Source: Candidatus Hermodarchaeota archaeon (GTDB lineage Archaea > Asgardarchaeota > Lokiarchaeia > Sigyniarchaeales > SOKP01). Taken from it: a DNA stretch of 64,000 nt. Positions 50,590 to 60,757 of this stretch are shown here, in pieces (within the stretch, counting starts at the first letter, position 1; every line of letters begins with the position of its first letter). The notes under the pieces are model-generated. The model ran no database searches, was not told where the DNA came from, and worked only from the letters and a program-made list of their open reading frames with translations. The position numbers and the translations under genes were made by a program. The stretch spans positions 41,617-105,616 of the forward strand of contig JBHLLG010000004.1 in the NCBI GenBank assembly GCA_048885925.1, given 5' to 3'.

Positions 50590-52455
50590 TTAATGGATTT
50601 CATGTGTCTCTAAGGTTTGTAATATATAACTTTTTGCTATTAAATCAGTACTAACCATTCCTAATACATTTCCATCTTTTACAACGGGCATTGCAGAAAT
50701 CTGATACTGTTCTAATTCTCGAACAATATCAAGAACTGTAAAATCTGGAGAAGCAGAAATAACATCTTTAGTCATTACTTTTTCAATTGTAACCTCACAA
50801 ACTCCTTCAGCGGTAGCTTTAGTAATATCCCAATCAGTTACTACTCCAACAAGCTTACTTTTTGAGAGAACAGCAACAATACCGCTATTCTTTTCAATCA
50901 TTAATGCTGCGCCTTCTTGTATACTTCTATTTTCATCAATTGTCGGTATTTGAATCATGATATCTTTTGCCGTTCGTTCACTTTCTTTAGATTTAAGTCT
51001 TTGTAAACTGATATGCTCTGCTGCTGAACAAGGAAGCATATCTTGGTTTGCTGATAATAAATCAATCAATTCTATCATGTTGTGATGGATAACATCTTCT
51101 CGATATTCCTCTCCAGCTTCTAGACGTTGTTTCGAAAGTAAAGAAAATTCCTTAGCATGATCATTTAACCATTGTTCTACTGCTTTTCTATTACCTAACA
51201 TTTCTTTGGGAATTAACAAATGATCAGGAGTTTTTACTATATGTTCTTGAGCAGCAAATATAACTCCTCCTGAATTTACCAAATAATCATTCGCAATCAT
51301 TACTCCTTTTTCACGATAAACAATCTGCTCCATACGAGTCCTTGATGCTTTTCTATTTGGATCTGGAGAGTATGTATTAGCTCCTTCAATAATTAGAGTC
51401 CAATTCCCCATTCGATCAACAGTTACAGATGGATTTTCAGATGCTCTTACTCCTAAATAGTTAAAAATTGGCGCAGCAGGTATTAAACAAAATGCATTTT
51501 CAAGAAGTAGATTATTTGGATTAGTTGAAAATTTAGTTGGGTGTTTATACCACTCTGAACTTATTTTTTCTTTGAAATAGTTATTAGTAACTAAACGTTT
51601 TTTTTGCCATATTTCAAAAAGTTCTTCGATTGGTAAACCGGATTCATTGTATAAATATCCTTCTAAATCACTTATACCGATTATTTTTACTTCTGGAATT
51701 CTTTGTTTTAATATACGAGCTGCATGAGCCCCAACCGCTCCAAAACCTTGAATTAGCAATCTTAATTCATCAGTTTTGGGAATTTCTAAATTTATGAATT
51801 GTGGAAGAACTCTTAATCGAGGTAATATTTTTAGTAATGTTTGAAATGCAATTATTACGCCTCCAGCAGCAGCACCCAGTTCATCAATTCTATTTCCTCC
51901 CATATCAGCCGGTTTAGATAAAACACTATCCAACCCATTTTCGATCGCAATAGTCTTCATATCAGCATCATTAGTACCAACATCAGGTCCTGGTAAATAA
52001 ATATCTCTATATCGTCTGATTAATTGTGCATAACCTCGAATTACTTCATTACGATCTTCAATAGCGAGATTTCTTTCAGAAACAATTCCAGATTTTCCGC
52101 CACCATAAGGGAGGTTCGCAGCTGCATTTTTTAATGTCATGCCTCTAGCTAAATTATGGATATCTGAAGGTGTAATATCTGGTAACATTCTTATACCACC
52201 CATACTAGGTTTTCCCATACTTAGATTATCAACAACTAAATATCCACCAATTTCATGAGGCGATTCTTCATCCCAGATACATGCAACTAGATGAGGACCA
52301 AGTTTATCGGTAACAATTCCAATTCGAGATAATAGATGTTCATCTACATTACTAAATTCTAAATAACATTTCCCTTGATCTTTTTTAAGGCGAGTTTTAA
52401 GAGTAGTTTCGGGAAGATGTTCATGAAGAAACGAATCCATTTTTTTCGGTATCAT
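50590..52455 (-). CDS. Glu/Leu/Phe/Val dehydrogenase fused to a C-terminal CBS pair
   Basis: GGIRM, MTLK, GGGKS, GPDVGT, QGFGAVG, EGAN, NSGGV; CBS pair at end. Confidence 0.9.
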   Translation of the reverse strand: MIPKKMDSFLHEHLPETTLKTRLKKDQGKCYLEFSNVDEHLLSRIGIVTDKLGPHLVACIWDEESPHEIGGYLVVDNLSMGKPSMGGIRMLPDITPSDIHNLARGMTLKNAAANLPYGGGKSGIVSERNLAIEDRNEVIRGYAQLIRRYRDIYLPGPDVGTNDADMKTIAIENGLDSVLSKPADMGGNRIDELGAAAGGVIIAFQTLLKILPRLRVLPQFINLEIPKTDELRLLIQGFGAVGAHAARILKQRIPEVKIIGISDLEGYLYNESGLPIEELFEIWQKKRLVTNNYFKEKISSEWYKHPTKFSTNPNNLLLENAFCLIPAAPIFNYLGVRASENPSVTVDRMGNWTLIIEGANTYSPDPNRKASRTRMEQIVYREKGVMIANDYLVNSGGVIFAAQEHIVKTPDHLLIPKEMLGNRKAVEQWLNDHAKEFSLLSKQRLEAGEEYREDVIHHNMIELIDLLSANQDMLPCSAAEHISLQRLKSKESERTAKDIMIQIPTIDENRSIQEGAALMIEKNSGIVAVLSKSKLVGVVTDWDITKATAEGVCEVTIEKVMTKDVISASPDFTVLDIVRELEQYQISAMPVVKDGNVLGMVSTDLIAKSYILQTLETHEIH

Positions 52456-52564
52456 AATATCTACCCTTTTAAGAGAATTTTAGTGATAGAAACATATTAG
52501 ATAAGTATAATAATTATATAAATTTCAACCAATTTTATAAAATAATTTTTAGTTTCTTTAATTT

Positions 52565-54136
52565 TTATTCATCCTGTATATAAGGTTTACCTAACTTTAA
52601 ATAAATTTCTGCCTTTTTCAACTCTCTTCCAAGATAATTTAAATGATATATCTCTTTAGTTAATTCATTTTGAATTATTTTTTTACTTAAAGCTTCAGCA
52701 TTGTCTCCAATAAAAGTTTGAAGTAATTTTTCATCATTAGAATAAAAAAGAATGTAAATTTTTTTAGAGTAATGATTAACATAAATTCTAAAATAACCAA
52801 TATCATCAGGAACGTAATCAGGTATTAAATCTTTTACAAATAATGCATTTTTTTCATTAATATAAGGAATCTCTTGATTAATTTTTCCTTTTGCTTTAAA
52901 AAGAGAGATTCCTTGATTTATTGGAGGAGTTTTTTTACTTTTCGCGACATAATTCAATTTTATACTTTCCTTTAATTCTTTTACTCCTCCTATTAATTTT
53001 GTACTATGTTCAACAGTAAAAAGAATTCCAACATCTAATTCAATTGCGATACTTGCTAATAATCCATTAATTCCAACTGAATCGATGTCAATAAGTTCAA
53101 CCACATTTGAAATACCGAAAAATAATGGAAGTTCTAAATGTTTATATTTCTCTTCTGTAACTTTTTTTTTATATAAAAAATAAGTTTCTAAGGAATTACA
53201 AATTCCAGGATTTATAGGCGTTTCTAATAGTGGATCAGCAATTAGTTTTTTAAACCCATTCTTTTGTAATTCTTCTATTAATTGAAATAAGTTATTAATA
53301 CGTGTTTCAGGATCCTTCGGAAAGTAAGCTTTATTAACATTCGTAGGAAGTATGACAATAGGAATGTTTTTTGGAAGACTTAAAAGTTCTTGGTAATTGC
53401 CTAAATCCAAACTAAGGATGAGATCGATTCCCTCATCAACAGCAGCATTTATTTCTTGTGGATCCATAGAATCAATGCTGATTAATATGTCAAAATTAGA
53501 TCCAATTAATTTAATTATTTCACGAATTCTATCCGGATATGGTTTATTTGAAACGCAACCAATATCTATAATATCTGCTCCACTTTCTATATAATGGTTT
53601 ACTTTTTTTAATATCTTATCATTACTTTTTTCAGTACAATTCACAATTTCAGCAATAATTGGGGGTGGCAAATTCCTTCCAATTATAATATTAGATTTTT
53701 TTTCATTAATGTAGAAAGTATGAGTATCTAACTTATTCTTTGCGAGGTCTATTTGATTTTTTATTATTTTAGAAAATTCATTTACTCCTGAAAATTCTAA
53801 TAATCGGTTTGCTGGAATTGAATTGGATAAATCTAAATCTTCTATTTTTTTTAAAGTATTAGGTAAATCAGATGCAAATTCTGGTCCCTTTCTAATTTTG
53901 ATTGAATATTTATCTTCTATATTCTTAGAATCCCATTGTACAAAACCTGGTAATAAAATTACATCATAATTAGAGATTTCTAATGTTTCCAAAATTTCAA
54001 TTGTCAGAGATTCTGTTAGAAAAGCAGAAATTGATATCGGGGCTTTTATTATAAATATTTCGTGATTTTCTATAGACTTGGTTATCTTTTTTATTATATT
54101 ATAACTCTGTTGACCTGTAATTATAAGAATTCTAAT
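52565..54136 (-). CDS. Dihydropteroate synthase-like protein with C-terminal DUF4346-like domain
   Basis: KGP..ASDL, IIAEI, GADIIDIG, SIDS, ADP, NVVEL.D.DS.G.N, HLNYLGREL; frame extends to ATT 54136 (IRILIITG...ISAFLT). Confidence 0.85.
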   Translation of the reverse strand: MRILIITGQQSYNIIKKITKSIENHEIFIIKAPISISAFLTESLTIEILETLEISNYDVILLPGFVQWDSKNIEDKYSIKIRKGPEFASDLPNTLKKIEDLDLSNSIPANRLLEFSGVNEFSKIIKNQIDLAKNKLDTHTFYINEKKSNIIIGRNLPPPIIAEIVNCTEKSNDKILKKVNHYIESGADIIDIGCVSNKPYPDRIREIIKLIGSNFDILISIDSMDPQEINAAVDEGIDLILSLDLGNYQELLSLPKNIPIVILPTNVNKAYFPKDPETRINNLFQLIEELQKNGFKKLIADPLLETPINPGICNSLETYFLYKKKVTEEKYKHLELPLFFGISNVVELIDIDSVGINGLLASIAIELDVGILFTVEHSTKLIGGVKELKESIKLNYVAKSKKTPPINQGISLFKAKGKINQEIPYINEKNALFVKDLIPDYVPDDIGYFRIYVNHYSKKIYILFYSNDEKLLQTFIGDNAEALSKKIIQNELTKEIYHLNYLGRELKKAEIYLKLGKPYIQDE

Positions 54137-55223
54137 CTAAATCACTTATTAGCTTTTCTTTTTCAAATGGAATGAATATATCATCTAATATTGAACCTGC
54201 AGCCTCTTTTATTTTTAAGTTGTTAATTATAGATTCAAATTCTCCTCCTAGAATCCCATTAGCAATAAAAGCAGCTCCTTGTGCTGCACGCTTAGCTATT
54301 TGACTATATGAATTCATTAATCTTACAGGAGCGACATCTTCTAAACCGTGAATCATCTTCTCTCGAAAATAAACTAAACTTGCTCCTCTTCCTGCTAAAA
54401 GGATTTCCTTTATTTTATCTTTTGTTGAAAAAGAAGAAGATATTCCAAAAACAGCTTTTTTGACACTCGATAAATAAGCTTTTAAAGCAATCTTAGTTTG
54501 TTCATCCTTATCAGCAAGTAGCATAATCTCTTTTAAGCTCAAATTAGAATAGCCAGAAATATAGGCAACACCACCCTTATAGATATTTTTTTTATGAATA
54601 GTTTTGATAAGATAAGCTAACTCTCCGTCAAGCGAACCACATGCTCGAAAGCCCATTATATTAGAGCCACCTATTCCATCAATAATTTGACCATTTTCAA
54701 TTGCTAAAACTGCTGTAAATCCGTAACCTATTTCAACCAATATAAAGTTAGTCTGTTCTGGATTAACTTTAAATCTTTCAATTTGATCCCTAATTCCGGT
54801 TACTGCAGTGCAAATTTTATCTGCCGTTCCCATATCGATTTTATTGATTTTACGATATCTAGGAACAGTAGGTAAATGTTTAACTCCAGGAACAATAATA
54901 CCGGGAATATTCTCGGCTTTGATTAGTCTTAATACCTCTCCAAGACCAACTAATTTATTTTTCTCGTGTTGATCAAATTTAAGTAATGTAAAAAAAATAT
55001 CCTTTTCTGTTAATTCATGCACATCTTTTAAGGGAAGTCCAAATCCACTAGGAGCAACCATTAGATCAATATCTTTTACGGATCTTATTATAGTTATAGC
55101 CTTTTGAGGGTTAGAAATTAATTCCTTAGTAGATAAAGATGTATCAAGAATTATTTTTGAATCTTCCATACCGAAGAAATCCCAACTCTTTGATCCAGGG
55201 TCAATTCCAAGAACTCTATACAA
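54132..55223 (-). CDS. DUF1464 family ASKHA kinase-like protein
   Basis: GIDPGSKSWD, APSGFG, PGVKHLPTVP..RK.NKIDMGTADK, DGELAY. Confidence 0.88.
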   Translation of the reverse strand: MYRVLGIDPGSKSWDFFGMEDSKIILDTSLSTKELISNPQKAITIIRSVKDIDLMVAPSGFGLPLKDVHELTEKDIFFTLLKFDQHEKNKLVGLGEVLRLIKAENIPGIIVPGVKHLPTVPRYRKINKIDMGTADKICTAVTGIRDQIERFKVNPEQTNFILVEIGYGFTAVLAIENGQIIDGIGGSNIMGFRACGSLDGELAYLIKTIHKKNIYKGGVAYISGYSNLSLKEIMLLADKDEQTKIALKAYLSSVKKAVFGISSSFSTKDKIKEILLAGRGASLVYFREKMIHGLEDVAPVRLMNSYSQIAKRAAQGAAFIANGILGGEFESIINNLKIKEAAGSILDDIFIPFEKEKLISDLD

Positions 55224-55447
55224 TAATAATCAGACTACATCAATTATTCCATTTAAAAAAATTCTATAATTCTTTTTATATTCTATTTTTTTTTAATAAT
55301 TGTATTTAATTTCTTCCTTTTTTAGAAAATAACTTAAAAATATAAAAATTCTGAAGGTTTTTAATTATTTAATCTATAAATTAATTCTTATACTCATATG
55401 TAAGAAAATAAAAATTTAATAATATCATTTCAAAATGGTGAAAGAAA

Positions 55448-55978
55448 ATTTTTGTAAAAGTATTTGTATGTAAAATATGTGGAGAGGCTTATATTGGAGA
55501 GGAAGCACCTAGTCGATGCCCTTTTTGCGGAGCATTTAAAAAATATTTCGTAGAATCTACTGAATATGATGATACTGGCGCTTGGGATGTTGAATTAAAC
55601 GAAAAAGATAAATCTAATGCTGAAAAAGCTTTGGATGTTGAAATCTCAAATAGTATCTTCTATAGATGTGCAAGTAAAAAAACACCGGAAATAGATGGTC
55701 AAAAGTTATTTAAGATACTTGCTAAGGTTGAAATGGAGCATGCAAGTGTTTGGAAGAAAATTTTAAAGTTAGATGAAGTAGAATTTCCCAAATATGATAA
55801 ATGCGCTATTATGTATAAACCAAACCTTGAAGAATCTCATGCACGAGAGGATAGAGCTATAAAATTCTATGGACAATCAGCTGCTGAAGCAAAAAATCCT
55901 CGAGTAAAAGAAATCTTTCAAGCTTTTGTAGAAGTAGAAACAGATCATCTACATTTATCAGAACAGAGGCTTAAATAA
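55448..55978 (+). CDS. Rubredoxin-domain + ferritin-like (reverse rubrerythrin-like) protein
   Basis: In-frame upstream of ORF-track start 55631: VFVCKICGEAY....PSRCPFCGA; diiron motifs E..H; start uncertain. Confidence 0.85.
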   Translation: MFVKVFVCKICGEAYIGEEAPSRCPFCGAFKKYFVESTEYDDTGAWDVELNEKDKSNAEKALDVEISNSIFYRCASKKTPEIDGQKLFKILAKVEMEHASVWKKILKLDEVEFPKYDKCAIMYKPNLEESHAREDRAIKFYGQSAAEAKNPRVKEIFQAFVEVETDHLHLSEQRLK

Positions 55979-56091
55979 AATATTTATTATTACTATTGTG
56001 AAAAGAGATTATTATATGGAGATCTTCAATAAATTAATAATTTCTTATTTATTTTTTACTATTGATTAGATTAAAGTAAAAATTAAAAAAA

Positions 56092-57081
56092 ATGGCGATT
56101 TCAAAAGCTTTAATTTTTCAAATTCAGAAGTTTTCGACAGAGGATGGTCCAGGTATTAGAACAACTGTATTTTTTAAACATTGTCCATTAAACTGCCTAT
56201 GGTGTCATAATCCTGAATCTATTCTTAAGAGTCCTCAACTTGAATGGTTTAAGTATAAATGCATTTTTTGTGAGACTTGTATAAAGATTTGTCAACTAAA
56301 AGCTTTAACTTTTGAAACTGAAGGATTACACATTGATAGGGAATTGTGTAATGAATGCGGGAAATGTGTAGAGGAATGTCCATCTACAGCTTTAAATATG
56401 TTAGGTAAATGGTGGACGTTAGAAGAATTATTCCATGAAATTGAAAAAGATAAGGTTTATTACATAGAATCTAAAGGAGGTATAACTGCTTCTGGAGGTG
56501 AACCAACAAATCAACCAGGTTTTCTGGTTGAATTTTTAAAAAAATGTAAAGAAAATGGTATATCCACTGCTATAGACACCTGTGGATACTCGTCAAAAAA
56601 CATTTATGAAAAAATCCTCCCCTATGTAGATTTAGTTCTTTTTGATATTAAACATATGTCGTCAGATAAACATAAAATTTATACAGGTGTTCCAAATGAG
56701 GTAATATTAGAAAATGCTATTTGGATCTCTAATGAATTAAAAGAGCAAGGTAAAAAAATATGGATAAGAACTCCAATAATTCCAAATTATACTGCTAATG
56801 AGGAAAATATTAAGGCGATAGCAGAGTTCATTGTGAATAAATTAAATAATTTTCCTGAAAGATGGGATCTTCTTTCATTTAATAATCTATGTATTTCAAA
56901 ATATGAGAGATTAGATATGAACTGGTCATTAAAAAATGAAAAATTAATGAAAGAAGAAGAAATGAACCATTTTCTTGAAATTGCTAAAGCTATAGGTGTT
57001 AATAACCCGCGGTGGTCTGGATTAACAAGTAGAATTGAAAGTAATAGTGAAGAAGAAGCTAAAAACAATACATCTAAATAA
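56092..57081 (+). CDS. Glycyl-radical enzyme activating enzyme (radical SAM with ferredoxin insert)
   Basis: DGPGIRTTVF, CPLNCLWCHNPE, two CxxCxxCxxxC, SGGEP. Confidence 0.92.
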   Translation: MAISKALIFQIQKFSTEDGPGIRTTVFFKHCPLNCLWCHNPESILKSPQLEWFKYKCIFCETCIKICQLKALTFETEGLHIDRELCNECGKCVEECPSTALNMLGKWWTLEELFHEIEKDKVYYIESKGGITASGGEPTNQPGFLVEFLKKCKENGISTAIDTCGYSSKNIYEKILPYVDLVLFDIKHMSSDKHKIYTGVPNEVILENAIWISNELKEQGKKIWIRTPIIPNYTANEENIKAIAEFIVNKLNNFPERWDLLSFNNLCISKYERLDMNWSLKNEKLMKEEEMNHFLEIAKAIGVNNPRWSGLTSRIESNSEEEAKNNTSK

Positions 57082-57119
57082 TGGTAATGTTGAAAAATTT
57101 AATTAAATTTAACTAAATC

Positions 57120-57824
57120 ATGAATAGAATGATTAATTGCAAAGACTTAGGACTTAAAAAAGATTATTTATATGAAATTATAGCAACTACTTATTCAATA
57201 AATGAGAATAATGAAATTAAACCTAATGCCTCGTGTATGGGTATTAGGATGATAGAAGGGGATCATATCCAGATCTCACCTTTCTATGGCACTACTACTT
57301 ATAAAAACTTGAAAGAGTCCAGTATAATTGCAATTAATTTTGTTGATGATGTTTATTTATATGCCTTGGCAGCTTTAAAAGAGCCAAATTCTCCTATTGG
57401 ATTAACAGATTTTCCTTCTAAATATTATGATTTTAAATATTTAGAAAATATGGCGATTGATGTGCCTTATATAAATAAATCATGGGGAATAATGATAGGT
57501 AAGGTCTCACAAGAGTTTCAAAAAACTAAAAGGGATGATTTAGGAGAAATTATGATACCAATAATTAAATTAAGTGTTATTCTTTGTGAAAAACTTCAAG
57601 AATCTAACAAATTATTTAATCGAGCAGAAAATTTAGCTTTAGAAATAATTATTTTAACTACACGTTTAAAAATAGCAAAACAAAACCAAGATCAATCTAT
57701 TTTTTCGAAAATTTATGAAAAGATAGTTGAACATATGAGAGATATTGAAAGATTTGGAAAAAATGAAAGTGTGTTGAAAACCATGGAAATTGTAAGTAGT
57801 TATATCAAAAAGTTAGCAGATTAA
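57120..57824 (+). CDS. DUF447 family protein
   Basis: YEIIATT, NAS.MGI, T..NL, FNRA...ALE..I..TRL. Confidence 0.8.
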   Translation: MNRMINCKDLGLKKDYLYEIIATTYSINENNEIKPNASCMGIRMIEGDHIQISPFYGTTTYKNLKESSIIAINFVDDVYLYALAALKEPNSPIGLTDFPSKYYDFKYLENMAIDVPYINKSWGIMIGKVSQEFQKTKRDDLGEIMIPIIKLSVILCEKLQESNKLFNRAENLALEIIILTTRLKIAKQNQDQSIFSKIYEKIVEHMRDIERFGKNESVLKTMEIVSSYIKKLAD

Positions 57825-58216
57825 TTCTTTTCATGAATTTTTTCAATAAACATTAGTGGATATTCCATCTCTTCGATCCATTCTACCTTTGCAGTAATAA
57901 ATACAGATTCATATTCAATAATTATTTCTGCTTGAATCACTTTTCCTGTAATCTCATCATAGTCAAATTCAGTAATTTTATTTCTCAATATTTTATTTCG
58001 ATCTAATATAATTTTTACAGATTTAACATATGGTTGACAAGAAATTGCTGCTTCAATGCCTTTTTCGAGAGAATTAATAACACTTTCATCAGATCTTACT
58101 GGAATACCACAAAGAATATGATAAAGTGCACCCAATTTAATGCCTGCCTCAAAACAAGCCCTTTCTCTTTCACTTAAATTAGGTGAAAAATATATTTTTT
58201 CATTAGTCTTTGGCAT
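57821..58216 (-). CDS. mptD: Archaeal dihydroneopterin aldolase
   Basis: RERACFEAGIKLGALYH, QPYV, YPLM. Confidence 0.88.
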   Translation of the reverse strand: MPKTNEKIYFSPNLSERERACFEAGIKLGALYHILCGIPVRSDESVINSLEKGIEAAISCQPYVKSVKIILDRNKILRNKITEFDYDEITGKVIQAEIIIEYESVFITAKVEWIEEMEYPLMFIEKIHEKN

Positions 58217-58222
58217 TTAATA

Positions 58223-59230
58223 TCAATTTATATATTCAATTTTTGCTCCATTATTGTTAGGTTTACAAATGTATATATGACTTCCGCTATATTTTTGATT
58301 TTTTTGTATTTTTTTCAATATTGTTTCAGCTTCAAACTCAGATTCGACTATTCCGATAACACTGGGTCCAAATGATGACATACCGTAAGCTTTTAGTCCA
58401 TAATTCTCAAAGAATTTTAGAAGATCTTTGACAATATCGTGTTGTAAATCTATCTCGATTTTTTTAAATCCTATGCTCTGAATTCTTTTTAATCCTTCTC
58501 CAAAACAACTTAAATCATTTTTTAAGATACCAGGAATAACTTTCATTATTATTTGGTGAGAGACTTCATTTACTTCATTACGAGGAATTGGAGCATAATT
58601 TTGAAATACACTTATTTCTTCATCACCATAAGCTCCTTTTTTCACATTAGGGATAACAAGCACAAATCTCCAATTATCAGGTATATCATATCTAAAGATA
58701 GTTAATGCTGGTTTAGCTAAAGATGATGCTGATGATGGTAAAAAAGTTTCCTTTTCTTTTCCTTTCCCAAAATCGTGCCCACCATCCAAAATAAATCCTC
58801 CTGTTTCAAAACCCCTCCAACCAATTCCACTAGTTCCTCCCCTTTCAACTAATTTAGTTAAATCTCCAATGTTTGTATTTAGTTTTTTTAACTTTGTAAT
58901 TGCTGTGGCTATAGCAAGGCTTAATTGAGTTTTTGATCCTAAACCTACATGACTTGGATAATATCTCTTTAAATGAAAATGGAAATTCTTATTGCTAATA
59001 TGAAAATATTTGAATATTTTTGATGCTTTTTCATTAATTACATGTACAGATTCTTTATAATACTTATTACATTCAATAGTAAATTCATCAGCACTATTTG
59101 AAACTTCTAGCACCACATTAGGTCTATCAAGCATAAGACCAATTCCGCCGTCAACCCTACCAGTATACCCATTCTCATCTATCAACGAAAGATGAATACG
59201 GCAAGGAGCTGTTATTTTTAAAGAAGTCAT
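58223..59230 (-). CDS. mptG: Beta-ribofuranosylaminobenzene 5'-phosphate synthase
   Basis: PCRIHLSLID, RVDGGIG, HVGLGSKTQL, RGGTSGIG, DGGH, SSFGP. Confidence 0.92.
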   Translation of the reverse strand: MTSLKITAPCRIHLSLIDENGYTGRVDGGIGLMLDRPNVVLEVSNSADEFTIECNKYYKESVHVINEKASKIFKYFHISNKNFHFHLKRYYPSHVGLGSKTQLSLAIATAITKLKKLNTNIGDLTKLVERGGTSGIGWRGFETGGFILDGGHDFGKGKEKETFLPSSASSLAKPALTIFRYDIPDNWRFVLVIPNVKKGAYGDEEISVFQNYAPIPRNEVNEVSHQIIMKVIPGILKNDLSCFGEGLKRIQSIGFKKIEIDLQHDIVKDLLKFFENYGLKAYGMSSFGPSVIGIVESEFEAETILKKIQKNQKYSGSHIYICKPNNNGAKIEYIN

Positions 59231-59353
59231 ATCAATTTTTTTAAAAGAGAACTTTCAATTATTAAAAGAAATTTTCAAAATAATTTAAATGTAGTATAAA
59301 CTTTTATTCATAAATTTTAATAAGACTTGAATTAATCATACTAGGTTTTTAAA

Positions 59354-60745
59354 TTGAGTGATTTAGAAGGTTTAACAAGGAGATTGATAAATAAAGGATA
59401 TTCTGAGGACCAAATTCTTGAAAGATTAACACAAGAATACCACGATTTTAAAGAAATCGATGAAATTTCAGCCTATAAATTTGCTAAAGCGGTATTTGAA
59501 GAGTGTCAAAAAAGTGATATTCGATTAGTTCTAGATCCTTTTATTAAAGAAATTTTGGATTTTAAAAAAAGTAATGTGACTGTAGGGAAACAAGGAGTGG
59601 GTTGTAGAGGTGCTGGTGATTTTTTTGTTCATAAATTAATCACAGGGTTAGCTGAAACAAATTATAAAGCATTTTTATCACCAACTTCATTAGATGATGC
59701 AGGAGCGGTACGTATGATGGATATTAAAGGATTTAAAAATCAATTATTGAACTTTAAAAATCTTATAATTGTATCAAAAATGGAAGGAATTCATTCTCGA
59801 CTAAGCGATTTCCCTTTCATTTGCGGATTTCATGTAGCGCGAGCTGCTTTAAGAGATTTATATGTTAAAGGAGCAAAACCTATATCTTTAATGATCGATA
59901 CACATCTAGGTGATGATGCTGATGTTAGCAAATTATTTGATTTTATAGCTGGAGTGTCAGCCATTTCTGATTTAACAAAAGTACCAATAACAGCAGGATC
60001 AACTTTAAGAATCGGAGGTGATATGGTAATTGGTAATAGGTTAGTAGGAGGTATAAGTGCTGTTGGAGTATGTAATAGACTTTTAGCGAGAAGAAATATT
60101 AAAGTTGGTGACAAAATACTAATGACTGAAGGAGCCGGAGGTGGAACTATTACGACTACCGCTATTTATTCTGGAAATCATAATGTAGTAAAAGAAACTA
60201 TGAATATCAAATTCCTTGAAGCATGTGAAACTATTTTAAATTCTGATTATATTAATGAAATCAGAGCAATGTGTGATGTTACTAATGGAGGATTAAGAGG
60301 TGATTTATATGAGATTAATCATGAAGCTAATTGTGGAGTTAATGTGTTTGAGGAAAAAGTAAGAAATCTTGTAAATCCAATTGTACTAGAGCTGTTAGAG
60401 AAAGTTGGAGTTGATTATTTAGGAGTTTCTTTAGATGCACTTTTAATATATTGTAGTGACTCTGTGTCAGATAAAATTATCTTTGATCTTAAAAGAAATA
60501 ATATTAAATGCGATGAAATTGGCTATGTAGATGATTCAAAGGAAGTCTTTCTAACCTACAGGGGTAGAGAAAAAAAAGAAATTCTTCCAAAATTCAGAGA
60601 ATCTGCCTATACTAAAATAAAGCAAGAGGTTGGAGAAGATACTCCTGAACCTCTAAAGCAAATGGAAATGAGTATTGAAAAAGCAGCCACTGAAGCATTA
60701 AAAAAGCGTCAAAGGATAATAGAATACATAAAAAAGCAGACCTGA
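59354..60745 (+). CDS. AIR synthase-related protein (HypE/PurM-like, archaeal)
   Basis: GVGCRGAGDFFVH, DDAG, GIHSRLS, GSTLRIGGD, DVTNGGLRGD, FRESAYT. Confidence 0.85.
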   Translation: MSDLEGLTRRLINKGYSEDQILERLTQEYHDFKEIDEISAYKFAKAVFEECQKSDIRLVLDPFIKEILDFKKSNVTVGKQGVGCRGAGDFFVHKLITGLAETNYKAFLSPTSLDDAGAVRMMDIKGFKNQLLNFKNLIIVSKMEGIHSRLSDFPFICGFHVARAALRDLYVKGAKPISLMIDTHLGDDADVSKLFDFIAGVSAISDLTKVPITAGSTLRIGGDMVIGNRLVGGISAVGVCNRLLARRNIKVGDKILMTEGAGGGTITTTAIYSGNHNVVKETMNIKFLEACETILNSDYINEIRAMCDVTNGGLRGDLYEINHEANCGVNVFEEKVRNLVNPIVLELLEKVGVDYLGVSLDALLIYCSDSVSDKIIFDLKRNNIKCDEIGYVDDSKEVFLTYRGREKKEILPKFRESAYTKIKQEVGEDTPEPLKQMEMSIEKAATEALKKRQRIIEYIKKQT

Positions 60746-60757
60746 GTATATAGATTG

